Assembly: GCA_035575695.1 (NCBI GenBank)
Contig: DATLXP010000053.1
Coordinates: 1,846-65,845, forward strand
Reading direction: 5' to 3'
Length of the DNA stretch: 64,000 nucleotides
Source: Vicinamibacterales bacterium
Lineage (GTDB): Bacteria > Acidobacteriota > Vicinamibacteria > Vicinamibacterales > 2-12-FULL-66-21
The translations under genes and the position numbers were made by a program. Positions 57,067 through 64,000 of this stretch are shown one piece after another; the stretch's first letter is position 1, and every line of letters starts with the position of its first letter. The notes beneath the pieces were generated by a model. That model did not search any database. It had not been told where the DNA came from and saw only the letters and a list, made by a program, of their open reading frames with translations.

Positions 57067-58451
57067 CACCCGCGGAGCTTGCGGGCGATGTCGCGCAGAT
57101 CGAGGCGCGCCATCTTGTGCTTGAGCGTGCTGAGGGGGAGCCCGAGGTACCTCGCGGTCGCGGTCACGTTCCAGTCACCTTTTTCGAGCGCGCGCAGAAT
57201 GAAGTTCCGCTCGAACGTGTCGCAGGCCTCCTGGAACAGCGTGTCTCCGCCGGACGGCTGTGCCGAATCCAGTTTGGCGAAGTGATACTCGAGGGGGAGG
57301 TCCTCGTCGGTGATCCACTCCTTGTCGGTCACGGCGACGAGTCGCTCGATCAGGTTTTCGAGCTCGCGGATATTGCCAGGCCACCAGTACGTCGACAGGA
57401 TCTTCAGCGCGGACCCCGAGATCCCGCGAACGGGCTTCCGGAACTTGGCGCGGTAGCGGGCGAGGAATAGCCGTGCGAGCTCGGGGAGGTCGTCGAGGCG
57501 GTCACGGAGCGGAGGCATCCGGATCGGGATGACGTTGATCCGGTAGTAGAGGTCCTCGCGGAACCGGCCGTCCTTCACTGCCTTCTCGAGATCCACGTTG
57601 GTCGCGACGATGAGCCGGAAGTCGGTGCGGATCGGTTTCGACCCGCCGACGCGCTCGATCTCCCCTTCCTGGATGGCGCGCAGGAACTTTGCCTGGAGGT
57701 CGAACCGCAGGTCCCCGATTTCGTCGAGGAACAGCGTGCCGCCGGCCGCCAGCTCGAACTTCCCGAGCTGTTGCTTGTGGGCTCCCGTGAACGAGCCTCG
57801 CTCGTGGCCGAACAGCGTGCTCTCGACGAGCTCGTGCGGAATCGCGGACAGGTTCACGGCGATGAACGCCGCCTCACCCTTTCCGGACTCGCGATGCAGC
57901 AGCCGCGCGAGGAGTTCCTTGCCGGTCCCGCTCTCCCCGAGGATCAACACCGTGGCCGGGAGTTTCGCCACCTTCTGGACCAGGTCGACGATGTCGCGGA
58001 TCTGGCGGCTGGGTCCGATGAGGAACTCGCGCTCTCCGTGCTCGGCCACCTGAGCGCTGAGGGTGATGACCTGCCTGTTGAGGTCCTGCCGCTCGAACGC
58101 ATTGCGGACGAGCGAGCGGAGTTCGTCGTAGTCGAACTCCTTGGTGATGTAGTGATACGCGCCATGCTTCATCGCCTGCACGGCCGTCTCGACCTCATTG
58201 ATCGCCGAGATCATGATGCACTCGACCAGGCCGTAGTTCTCCCGCACGATCCGCAGCACGTCGAACCCGCTGATCCCGGGCAGGCGCACGTCGAGCAGGA
58301 TCAGGTCGACATCCGCTTCGCGCAGCAGGACGAGCGCTGCCTCGCCGCTCGAGACAGTGAGCACGCGATAGTCCCGCTTGAGGATCGCCGACAGCGTGTC
58401 GCGCATCCCCTGGTCGTCGTCGCAGATAAGAATGGTCTTGCCGTGAGCCAT
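57066..58451 (-). CDS. sigma-54-dependent Fis family response regulator (NtrC-type enhancer-binding protein)
   Basis: 461 aa. REC domain (LILLDVRLPG), AAA+ Walker A GESGTGKE, GAFTGA-type loop ERGSFTGA, C-terminal Fis HTH WNVTATARYLGLPLSTLKHKM. Confidence 0.9.
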   Translation of the reverse strand: MAHGKTILICDDDQGMRDTLSAILKRDYRVLTVSSGEAALVLLREADVDLILLDVRLPGISGFDVLRIVRENYGLVECIMISAINEVETAVQAMKHGAYHYITKEFDYDELRSLVRNAFERQDLNRQVITLSAQVAEHGEREFLIGPSRQIRDIVDLVQKVAKLPATVLILGESGTGKELLARLLHRESGKGEAAFIAVNLSAIPHELVESTLFGHERGSFTGAHKQQLGKFELAAGGTLFLDEIGDLRFDLQAKFLRAIQEGEIERVGGSKPIRTDFRLIVATNVDLEKAVKDGRFREDLYYRINVIPIRMPPLRDRLDDLPELARLFLARYRAKFRKPVRGISGSALKILSTYWWPGNIRELENLIERLVAVTDKEWITDEDLPLEYHFAKLDSAQPSGGDTLFQEACDTFERNFILRALEKGDWNVTATARYLGLPLSTLKHKMARLDLRDIARKLRG

Positions 58452-58462
58452 TTTGGGCGGAT

Positions 58463-58607
58463 TCTATCCGATTGCCCGACAAGTCGACCAATCGACCTAT
58501 CGGCCTATCGGCCAATCGACCGATCGACCGATAAGTCGATAAGCCGATAGATCGATAGATCGATAGATCGATCAACTAATAGACCGATAACCCGATACGG
58601 TGATACC
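58463..58607. repeat. about 18 consecutive 8-bp units switching from TATCG phase to CGATA phase (empty inverted double array)
   Basis: ...accaatcg acctatcg gcctatcg gccaatcg accgatcg accgataa gtcgataa gccgatag atcgatag atcgatag atcgatca... It lies upstream of the divergent sigma-54 regulator and the lpdA operon. Confidence 0.85.
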
Positions 58608-58609
58608 GT

Positions 58610-58867
58610 TTGACGGTTGTGGTTCTGTGGGGATTTGCAACCGTCACGCTCCTCGTCGCGCTGGGTGCCCTGGTGCTCGCACGGCGCGTCTCGCGCAAGC
58701 TCGAGGCGCTCACCCAGTCCTACTGGGAGCTGCGTTACGACTACACGCGTTTGCGCTCCCAGATGACGCGGCTCGACCCTGACGAAGCCGAGGCAGCTCA
58801 GCCGCCCACCGCTCAGTCAACGGTGACGTTCGTTCCGCTTGCATCGATGAAAAAGAAGAATGAGTAA
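58610..58867 (+). CDS. hypothetical small single-pass membrane protein preceding lpdA
   Basis: 85 aa. TTG start (uncertain). One TM segment then a charged helix. GC3-rich codons. The stop overlaps the lpdA start by 8 nt. Confidence 0.4.
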   Translation: MTVVVLWGFATVTLLVALGALVLARRVSRKLEALTQSYWELRYDYTRLRSQMTRLDPDEAEAAQPPTAQSTVTFVPLASMKKKNE

Positions 58868-60278
58868 TGAATACGACGTCGTAGTGATCGGCTCGGGCAC
58901 GGGCGGATATGTGGCTGCCATCAGGGCGGCGCAACTGGGGTTGAAGACCAGTGTGGTCGAACGCGCGCCCACGCTTGGCGGCACATGCCTCAATTGGGGA
59001 TGTATCCCGACCAAGGCACTCCTCGAGCATGCTCACGCACTGAAGATCGCGCAGGACTGGAAGGAGTGGGGCCTGACGATCGGCCAGGCCGCCGTCGGCA
59101 TCGACATGAACCAGGTGCACGCGCGCAAAGACAAGATCGTCAAGGGTCTCACCGGCGGCATCGAGATGCTGTTCAAGAAGAACAAGATCGACTGGATCAA
59201 GGGCAGCGGCCGCCTCGCGGGTAAAGGCAAGGTCGAGATCACCGAGGGGCAGAAGCAGACCGTCACCGCCCGCAAGGAGATCGTCGTCGCCACCGGTTCG
59301 ACGCCGCGCAGCGTGCCGGGCATCGAGATCGATCGCAAACGGATCATCACCAGCGACGAAGCGATCCACATGAAGGAGATCCCCAAGTCGATCGTGATTA
59401 TGGGCAGCGGCGCGGTCGGCGTCGAATTCGGGTCGATCTTCCGTCGCTTCGGGAGCGACGTCACGATCATCGAGCTCCTGCCCCGCATCGTGCCGGTGGA
59501 GGATGAGGCGGTGTCGGCGGAGCTCGAGAAGTCCTTCAAGAAACAGGGCATCAAGGTGTTGACCGGCACGAAGGTGACGAGCGCCAGGGCTGGTGCGAGC
59601 GCCGTCGACATCGAAGCGCAGACGCCCGATGGCAAGACGACGAAGCTCAGTGCGGACTACCTGCTCGTGGCCACAGGGCGTGGCCCCGTCACCGCCGGGC
59701 TCGGTGCGGAAGAGGCCGGTCTCCAGATGGACCGCGGGTACATCCGCGTGGATCAGGAGTTCAAGACGACCGTCGGCGGGATCTCCGCGATCGGCGACGT
59801 GATCACGTTCGACAAGCCGGGACACCCTCAGCTGGCGCACCTGTCCTCGGCGGAAGGGATCGTGCTGGCGGAAAGAATCGCAGGCAGGGAGTACCGGCCG
59901 ATCAACTACGACCAGGTCCCCGGCTGCACGTACTGTGACCCGGAGATCGGCAGCGTCGGCCTGACCGAGACACAGGCCCAGGAGCGCGGCTTCGACGTGA
60001 AAACCGGGTCGTTCAAGTTCGGCGTGCTCGCACGAGCGCGGATGGCGGGCGAGACCGAGGGATTCGTCAAGATCGTGTTCGACAAGAAATACGACGAGAT
60101 CCTCGGCGTGCACATGATCGGGCCTCGCGCCACGGAACTGGTCGCCGAGGCGACCGTCGCCTTGAAGCTCGAGTGCACGGTCGAAGAGCTCGTACGCACG
60201 ATTCACGCGCATCCGACGATGTCGGAGGCGGTCGGAGAGGCCGCCCACGCGGCACACGGCTCCGCGATACACGCATAG
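58860..60278 (+). CDS. lpdA: dihydrolipoyl dehydrogenase (E3)
   Basis: 472 aa. YDVVVIGSGTGGYVAAIRAAQLG, redox-active disulfide GGTCLNWGCIPTK, C-terminal HAHPTMSE. Confidence 0.9.
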   Translation: MSNEYDVVVIGSGTGGYVAAIRAAQLGLKTSVVERAPTLGGTCLNWGCIPTKALLEHAHALKIAQDWKEWGLTIGQAAVGIDMNQVHARKDKIVKGLTGGIEMLFKKNKIDWIKGSGRLAGKGKVEITEGQKQTVTARKEIVVATGSTPRSVPGIEIDRKRIITSDEAIHMKEIPKSIVIMGSGAVGVEFGSIFRRFGSDVTIIELLPRIVPVEDEAVSAELEKSFKKQGIKVLTGTKVTSARAGASAVDIEAQTPDGKTTKLSADYLLVATGRGPVTAGLGAEEAGLQMDRGYIRVDQEFKTTVGGISAIGDVITFDKPGHPQLAHLSSAEGIVLAERIAGREYRPINYDQVPGCTYCDPEIGSVGLTETQAQERGFDVKTGSFKFGVLARARMAGETEGFVKIVFDKKYDEILGVHMIGPRATELVAEATVALKLECTVEELVRTIHAHPTMSEAVGEAAHAAHGSAIHA

Positions 60279-60357
60279 TCAGCTGCCGGCTTCCAGCGAC
60301 CAGCTTCCGGCTGGACGCTTCTGGCCGCTGGTAGCTGATAGCTGACACCGTTGAACC

Positions 60358-61512
60358 ATGCCCAGAGCTTCCGATAAATCACCGTCGGCGTCTGATGCCC
60401 TTACGTCGAATCAACTCCTCGAAATGTACTGGTTCGCTCGACTGGCACGGGAGATCGAAGAGCGGCTCGTCATCCTGTTCCGCCAGAGCAAGGTCATCGG
60501 CGGCCTGTACCGCAGTCTCGGACAGGAGGGGGAATCGGTCGGCACCGCCTACGCCCTCGAGAAGTCGGACGCGGTGCTCCCGCTGATCCGCAACATGGGC
60601 GCCCTGATGACGATGGGAGTCCGTCCGCGCGAAATCTTTCTTCAGTACATGGCGAAGGGGGAGTCGAACTCGCGCGGCCGCGACCTCAACATCCATATCG
60701 TCCACATGCCCGCGTGGACCCGCGACCTGTCGTCACCCGCCGGTCGTGACACGGACGCACCCGCCAGTAGGCCCGCCCTTCAGGTCGGGCGTGACACGGA
60801 CGCCAAGGAACCGGTCGTCGTCGGGCCCATCAGCATGCTGGGTGACTCGATCCCGGTCGCCGCGGGTATCGCCATGGGCGCGCGGATGCGCGGCAGGACC
60901 CTGGTGTCCATGGCGTGGATCGGCGACGGCGCGACCAGCACCGGTGCGTTTCATGAAGGGTTGAACTTTGCCGCCGTCCAGAAGGCGCCGCTTGTCGTGA
61001 TTGCCGAAGACAACAAGTTCGCCTACTCCACGCCCATCGCCAGGCAGATGGCGATCACGCGGATCGACGAGCGCGCCGCGGCCTACGGCATTCCTCACGA
61101 GATGGTCGACGGCAACGACATGCTGGCGGTCTATGACGTCGCCAGACGCATGGTTGATCGCGCCCGGGCCGGGGAGGGCGCGTCGCTGATCGGCGTCGAC
61201 ACGATGCGCATGGAAGGTCACGCGCAGCACGATGACGCCCGCTATGTGCCGAAAGAGCTCGTCGAGCAGTGGGAGAAGAAGGACCCCATCGCGAGGTTCA
61301 CGAAGGTGCTCGTCGACCGCGGCGCGGCGAATGTCGAGCAGATCGCGGAGATCGACCGGATGGCGAGAAGCTATGCCGCCGAGGAAGCGGATGCCGCTGA
61401 GCGATCGCCGATGCCAGATCCCGCCACCATCACCCGCGGCGTGTACGCGGGAGACGACTACGCCCGGCCGACGCTGGAGTTCGTCAGGTCACCCTTTGCG
61501 GACGCCGACTGA
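60358..61512 (+). CDS. thiamine-diphosphate-dependent 2-oxoacid dehydrogenase E1 component alpha subunit, carrying an in-frame REP-containing insertion
   Basis: 384 aa. E1-alpha blocks (YRSLGQEGESVG, GDGATSTGAFHEGLNFAAV, MEGHAQHDD). An extra segment PAWTRDLSSPAGRDTDAPASRPALQVGRDTDAKEP lies between conserved blocks. Confidence 0.8.
   Translation: MPRASDKSPSASDALTSNQLLEMYWFARLAREIEERLVILFRQSKVIGGLYRSLGQEGESVGTAYALEKSDAVLPLIRNMGALMTMGVRPREIFLQYMAKGESNSRGRDLNIHIVHMPAWTRDLSSPAGRDTDAPASRPALQVGRDTDAKEPVVVGPISMLGDSIPVAAGIAMGARMRGRTLVSMAWIGDGATSTGAFHEGLNFAAVQKAPLVVIAEDNKFAYSTPIARQMAITRIDERAAAYGIPHEMVDGNDMLAVYDVARRMVDRARAGEGASLIGVDTMRMEGHAQHDDARYVPKELVEQWEKKDPIARFTKVLVDRGAANVEQIAEIDRMARSYAAEEADAAERSPMPDPATITRGVYAGDDYARPTLEFVRSPFADAD
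60745..60803. repeat. REP-C copy flanked by a 14-bp direct repeat, inside the E1-alpha coding sequence
   Basis: CGTGACACGGACGC (60745-60758), then ACCCGCCA + GTAGGCCCGCCCTTCAGGTCGGG, then CGTGACACGGACGC (60790-60803). The period is 45 nt, i.e. 15 codons. Confidence 0.8.
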
Positions 61513-62486
61513 TGGCCGTGGTCACCTACATCGAGGCGATCCGCCAGGCGCTCTTCGAGGAGATGGCGCGCGACGAGCGCGTCTTCCTCATGGGCGAGGA
61601 CATCGGAGCCTACGGCGGCGCCTTCAAGGTCACCGAGGGCCTCAGTGAAAAGTTCGGTGAGAAACGGGTCATCGATTCGCCGATCTCCGAACAGGCGATT
61701 GTCGGCGCCGCGATCGGCGCATCCTACATGGGGATGCGGCCGGTGTGCGAGATCCAGTTCATCGACTTCATCGCGTGCTGCTTCGACATGCTCACGAACT
61801 TTGCCGCGACGAGCCGGTATCGAAACGGTGCCGGCGTGCCGATCGTCGTCAGGGGCCCGTGCGGTGGCGGGGTCGGGGGCGGGCCGTTCCACTCACTGAA
61901 TCCCGAAGCGTTCTTCCTGAACACGCCCGGGTTGAAGATGGTCGAACCCTCGACGGCCTACGACGCGAAGGGGCTCCTGAAGGCTGCCATCCGAGACGAT
62001 GATCCCGTGCTCTACTTCGAGCACAAGTTCCTCTACCGCCGCATCAAGGATGAGGTGCCGGACGAGGACTACATCGTCCCGCTCGGGAAAGCCGCCGTCC
62101 GCCGGGAAGGGACCGACCTGTCCATCATCACGTTCGGCGCGATGGTCTACACGGCGCTGGACGCTGCGAAAGCGCTCGAGGAACAAGGCGTCCAGGCGGA
62201 GGTGATCGACCTGCGGAGCCTGGCGCCGCTCGACAAGGAGGCCGTGCTCGAGAGCGTCGCAAAGACGAACCGCGCGCTCCTGCTGCACGAAGCCACGTTG
62301 ACCGGCGGGATCGGCGGGGAGCTCGCGGCCATCATCTCAGAGCATGCGTTCGAGTACCTGGACGCGCCTGTCATGCGTGTCGCGTCCGCCGATGCCCCCG
62401 TCCCATACGCGCCGCCGCTCGAGTCCGCGTTTCTGCCCAGTGTGAGTAAAGTAGTGGCAGCCTCGAAGAGGCTCGTCGAGTATTAG
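61512..62486 (+). CDS. 2-oxoacid dehydrogenase E1 component beta subunit
   Basis: 324 aa. MGEDIGAYGGAFKVTEGL, DSPISEQAIVGAAIG, transketolase C-terminal domain. The start overlaps the E1-alpha stop. Confidence 0.9.
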   Translation: MAVVTYIEAIRQALFEEMARDERVFLMGEDIGAYGGAFKVTEGLSEKFGEKRVIDSPISEQAIVGAAIGASYMGMRPVCEIQFIDFIACCFDMLTNFAATSRYRNGAGVPIVVRGPCGGGVGGGPFHSLNPEAFFLNTPGLKMVEPSTAYDAKGLLKAAIRDDDPVLYFEHKFLYRRIKDEVPDEDYIVPLGKAAVRREGTDLSIITFGAMVYTALDAAKALEEQGVQAEVIDLRSLAPLDKEAVLESVAKTNRALLLHEATLTGGIGGELAAIISEHAFEYLDAPVMRVASADAPVPYAPPLESAFLPSVSKVVAASKRLVEY

Positions 62487-62516
62487 CACGTCCCGTCGAA
62501 CGGAGCAGAGGTCTAG

Positions 62517-63890
62517 ATGGCTACTAACGTCGTCATGCCGCAGATGGGCGAATCGATCGCCGAAGGCACTATCGTTCGCTGGATCAAGAAGGTGGGGGAC
62601 TCGATCGATCGCGACGAGCCGCTCTTCGAGATTTCGACCGACAAGGTCGATGCCGAAATCCCCTCGCCGGCCGCCGGCGTCCTGACCGACATCAAGGTCA
62701 AGGAAGGGGAAACCGTTCCCGTCAATAGTGTTGTGGCGGTGATCGGCACTGCCGGCGAGGCCGTGGTGAAGGATGGTGCGACGTCCGACGCGACTGCGCA
62801 GGGGGGAGGGATGCCCGAGGCGGCCGTCGGGCAGCCCGAAACATCCGCGCCGTCCACAGGCAGCGACCCGGCTGCCCGCTCGGGCACCGAGGACGCGCGG
62901 CGGTCAGACGCCGCCGCACCCGCCGAGACGTCAGAGCCATCACCGCCCTCAGGGCCCCTGTCGAGGGAAGAGCTGCGACGTCAGAAGTCCTCTCCACTCG
63001 TTCGACGCATCGCAAAAGAACACGACGTCGACATCCAGCAGGTCCAGGGCACCGGGATCAGCGGACGCGTCACCAAGAACGACATTCTCGGCTTCATCGA
63101 TTCAGGGGGATCGAAAGGCGCCCAGGCGCGGGACGGCGCAGCACCGCAGGCGACCCCGGGCCGCACACCTGCGGCCGCCGGGCCGGTCTACAAGCCCGGC
63201 GAGAATGTTCAGATCGTGCCGATGAGCGTCATGCGCAGGAAGATCGCCGAGCACATGGTGCTGAGCGCGCATACCTCGCCGCACGTGTACTCGGTCTACG
63301 AGGTGAACTTTGGCCGTGTCAGCGCCTTGCGCGACAAGCGTAAGGCGGACTACGAAGCCGCGGGAGCCAGGCTCACGTTCACCGGCTTCATCGCCAAGGC
63401 CATCGTCGACGCGCTCCGGGAGTTTCCGGTCGTGAACGCCTCGGTCGACGGGCAGAACATCGTCTACAAGAAGGACATCAACCTCGGCATCGCGGTCGCT
63501 CTCGAGAATGGCCTGATCGTTCCTGTCATCCGCAAGGCGGACGAGAAGAACCTGCTCGGTCTCAGTCGTGCGATCAACGACCTGGCGGTCCGCGCCCGTT
63601 CGAAGAAGCTGAGTCCGGACGAAGTACAGGGCGGCACCTTCACGATCACCAATCCCGGGATTTTTGGCGCGCTCTACGGCCTCCCCTTGATCAACCAGCC
63701 GCAGGTGGCGATTCTCGGCGTCGGCACAATCGAGAAGCGCGCGGTCGTGATCGACGACGCCATTGCGATCAGGCCGATGTGCAATCTGAGCCTCGGGTAC
63801 GATCACCGGTTGATCGACGGCGCAGAAGCCGGGAAATTCCTGGCGTACGTCAAGGAGCGACTCGAAAACTTCGAGGAAGGATGGCTCTAG
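62517..63890 (+). CDS. dihydrolipoamide acyltransferase (E2) component
   Basis: 457 aa. Lipoyl domain (EISTDKVDAEIPSP), Pro/Ala linker, subunit-binding domain (SPLVRRIAKEHDVDI), catalytic DHRLIDG. Confidence 0.9.
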   Translation: MATNVVMPQMGESIAEGTIVRWIKKVGDSIDRDEPLFEISTDKVDAEIPSPAAGVLTDIKVKEGETVPVNSVVAVIGTAGEAVVKDGATSDATAQGGGMPEAAVGQPETSAPSTGSDPAARSGTEDARRSDAAAPAETSEPSPPSGPLSREELRRQKSSPLVRRIAKEHDVDIQQVQGTGISGRVTKNDILGFIDSGGSKGAQARDGAAPQATPGRTPAAAGPVYKPGENVQIVPMSVMRRKIAEHMVLSAHTSPHVYSVYEVNFGRVSALRDKRKADYEAAGARLTFTGFIAKAIVDALREFPVVNASVDGQNIVYKKDINLGIAVALENGLIVPVIRKADEKNLLGLSRAINDLAVRARSKKLSPDEVQGGTFTITNPGIFGALYGLPLINQPQVAILGVGTIEKRAVVIDDAIAIRPMCNLSLGYDHRLIDGAEAGKFLAYVKERLENFEEGWL

Positions 63891-63924
63891 TGCTCAGTTC
63901 TGAGTGCTGAGTGCGTAGTCTGGA

Positions 63925-64000
63925 AGTGCGGCGGCTGGGCGTCGTGCCCTACGCTGACGGACTCGAGCTGCAGAAAACGCTGGTCGAGCAGCGGAAGGCC
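63925..64000 (+). CDS. lipB: 5' fragment of octanoyltransferase (lipoyl(octanoyl) transferase) gene, runs off the window
   Basis: A GTG-initiated frame reads VRRLGVVPYADGLELQKTLVEQRKA, which resembles LipB N-termini and fits the context after E2. Only ~25 codons are visible. Confidence 0.4.

Overview
This is a densely coding, high-GC bacterial chromosomal segment (about two-thirds G+C by eye, not computed). The gene content resembles soil Acidobacteria-type Gram-negatives: a DUF1501/DUF1800 pair, a Tad/Flp pilus locus, four-helix-bundle IVS-type genes and sigma-54 regulators. The taxon is inference only. I call 58 protein-coding regions and found no rRNA, tRNA, CRISPR, transposase or integrase. 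Layout: 0-23 kb holds amino-acid/peptide scavenging and small-molecule catabolism (D-aminoacylase, two APC permeases, an M14 peptidase, amidohydrolases, two CrtI-like oxidoreductases, a GcvT-like protein, a Rieske oxygenase, and MBL-rhodanese/TauE sulfur genes). 23.9-29.4 kb is a molybdopterin oxidoreductase module (MopB subunit, FeS-NrfD fusion, GAF pseudo-kinase). 29.4-35.2 kb is a translationally coupled SNF2 helicase plus type IIG/PglX-like N6-adenine methyltransferase pair. 35.3-37.2 kb is a FrzS-like pseudo-receiver coiled-coil protein. 37.6-49.5 kb is a complete Tad/Flp pilus locus behind a consensus sigma-54 promoter, ending in DUF192 and an AAA+ ATPase. 50-51.4 kb holds Smr, queF and HU. 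51.5-58.5 kb is a sigma-54/two-component circuit around a radical SAM-SPASM maturase. 58.6-64 kb is lpdA-E1alpha-E1beta-E2-lipB. The best candidates for something undescribed are: (1) the rSAM-SPASM enzyme followed by two unannotated paralogous 31-aa ORFs, a peptide-type solute-binding protein coupled to a histidine kinase, and an adjacent sigma-54 activator, which looks like a self-sensing modified-peptide circuit; (2) the minimal helicase-methylase pair with no nuclease partner; (3) a family of intergenic elements built from two inverted arrays of 7-8-bp-period repeats, two of which carry a four-helix-bundle (23S-IVS/Avd family) gene while at least five are empty; (4) a REP hairpin inserted in frame, with a 14-bp direct duplication, inside the E1-alpha gene. 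All motif coordinates were counted by hand and may be off by 1-2 nt. No database search or computation was possible.
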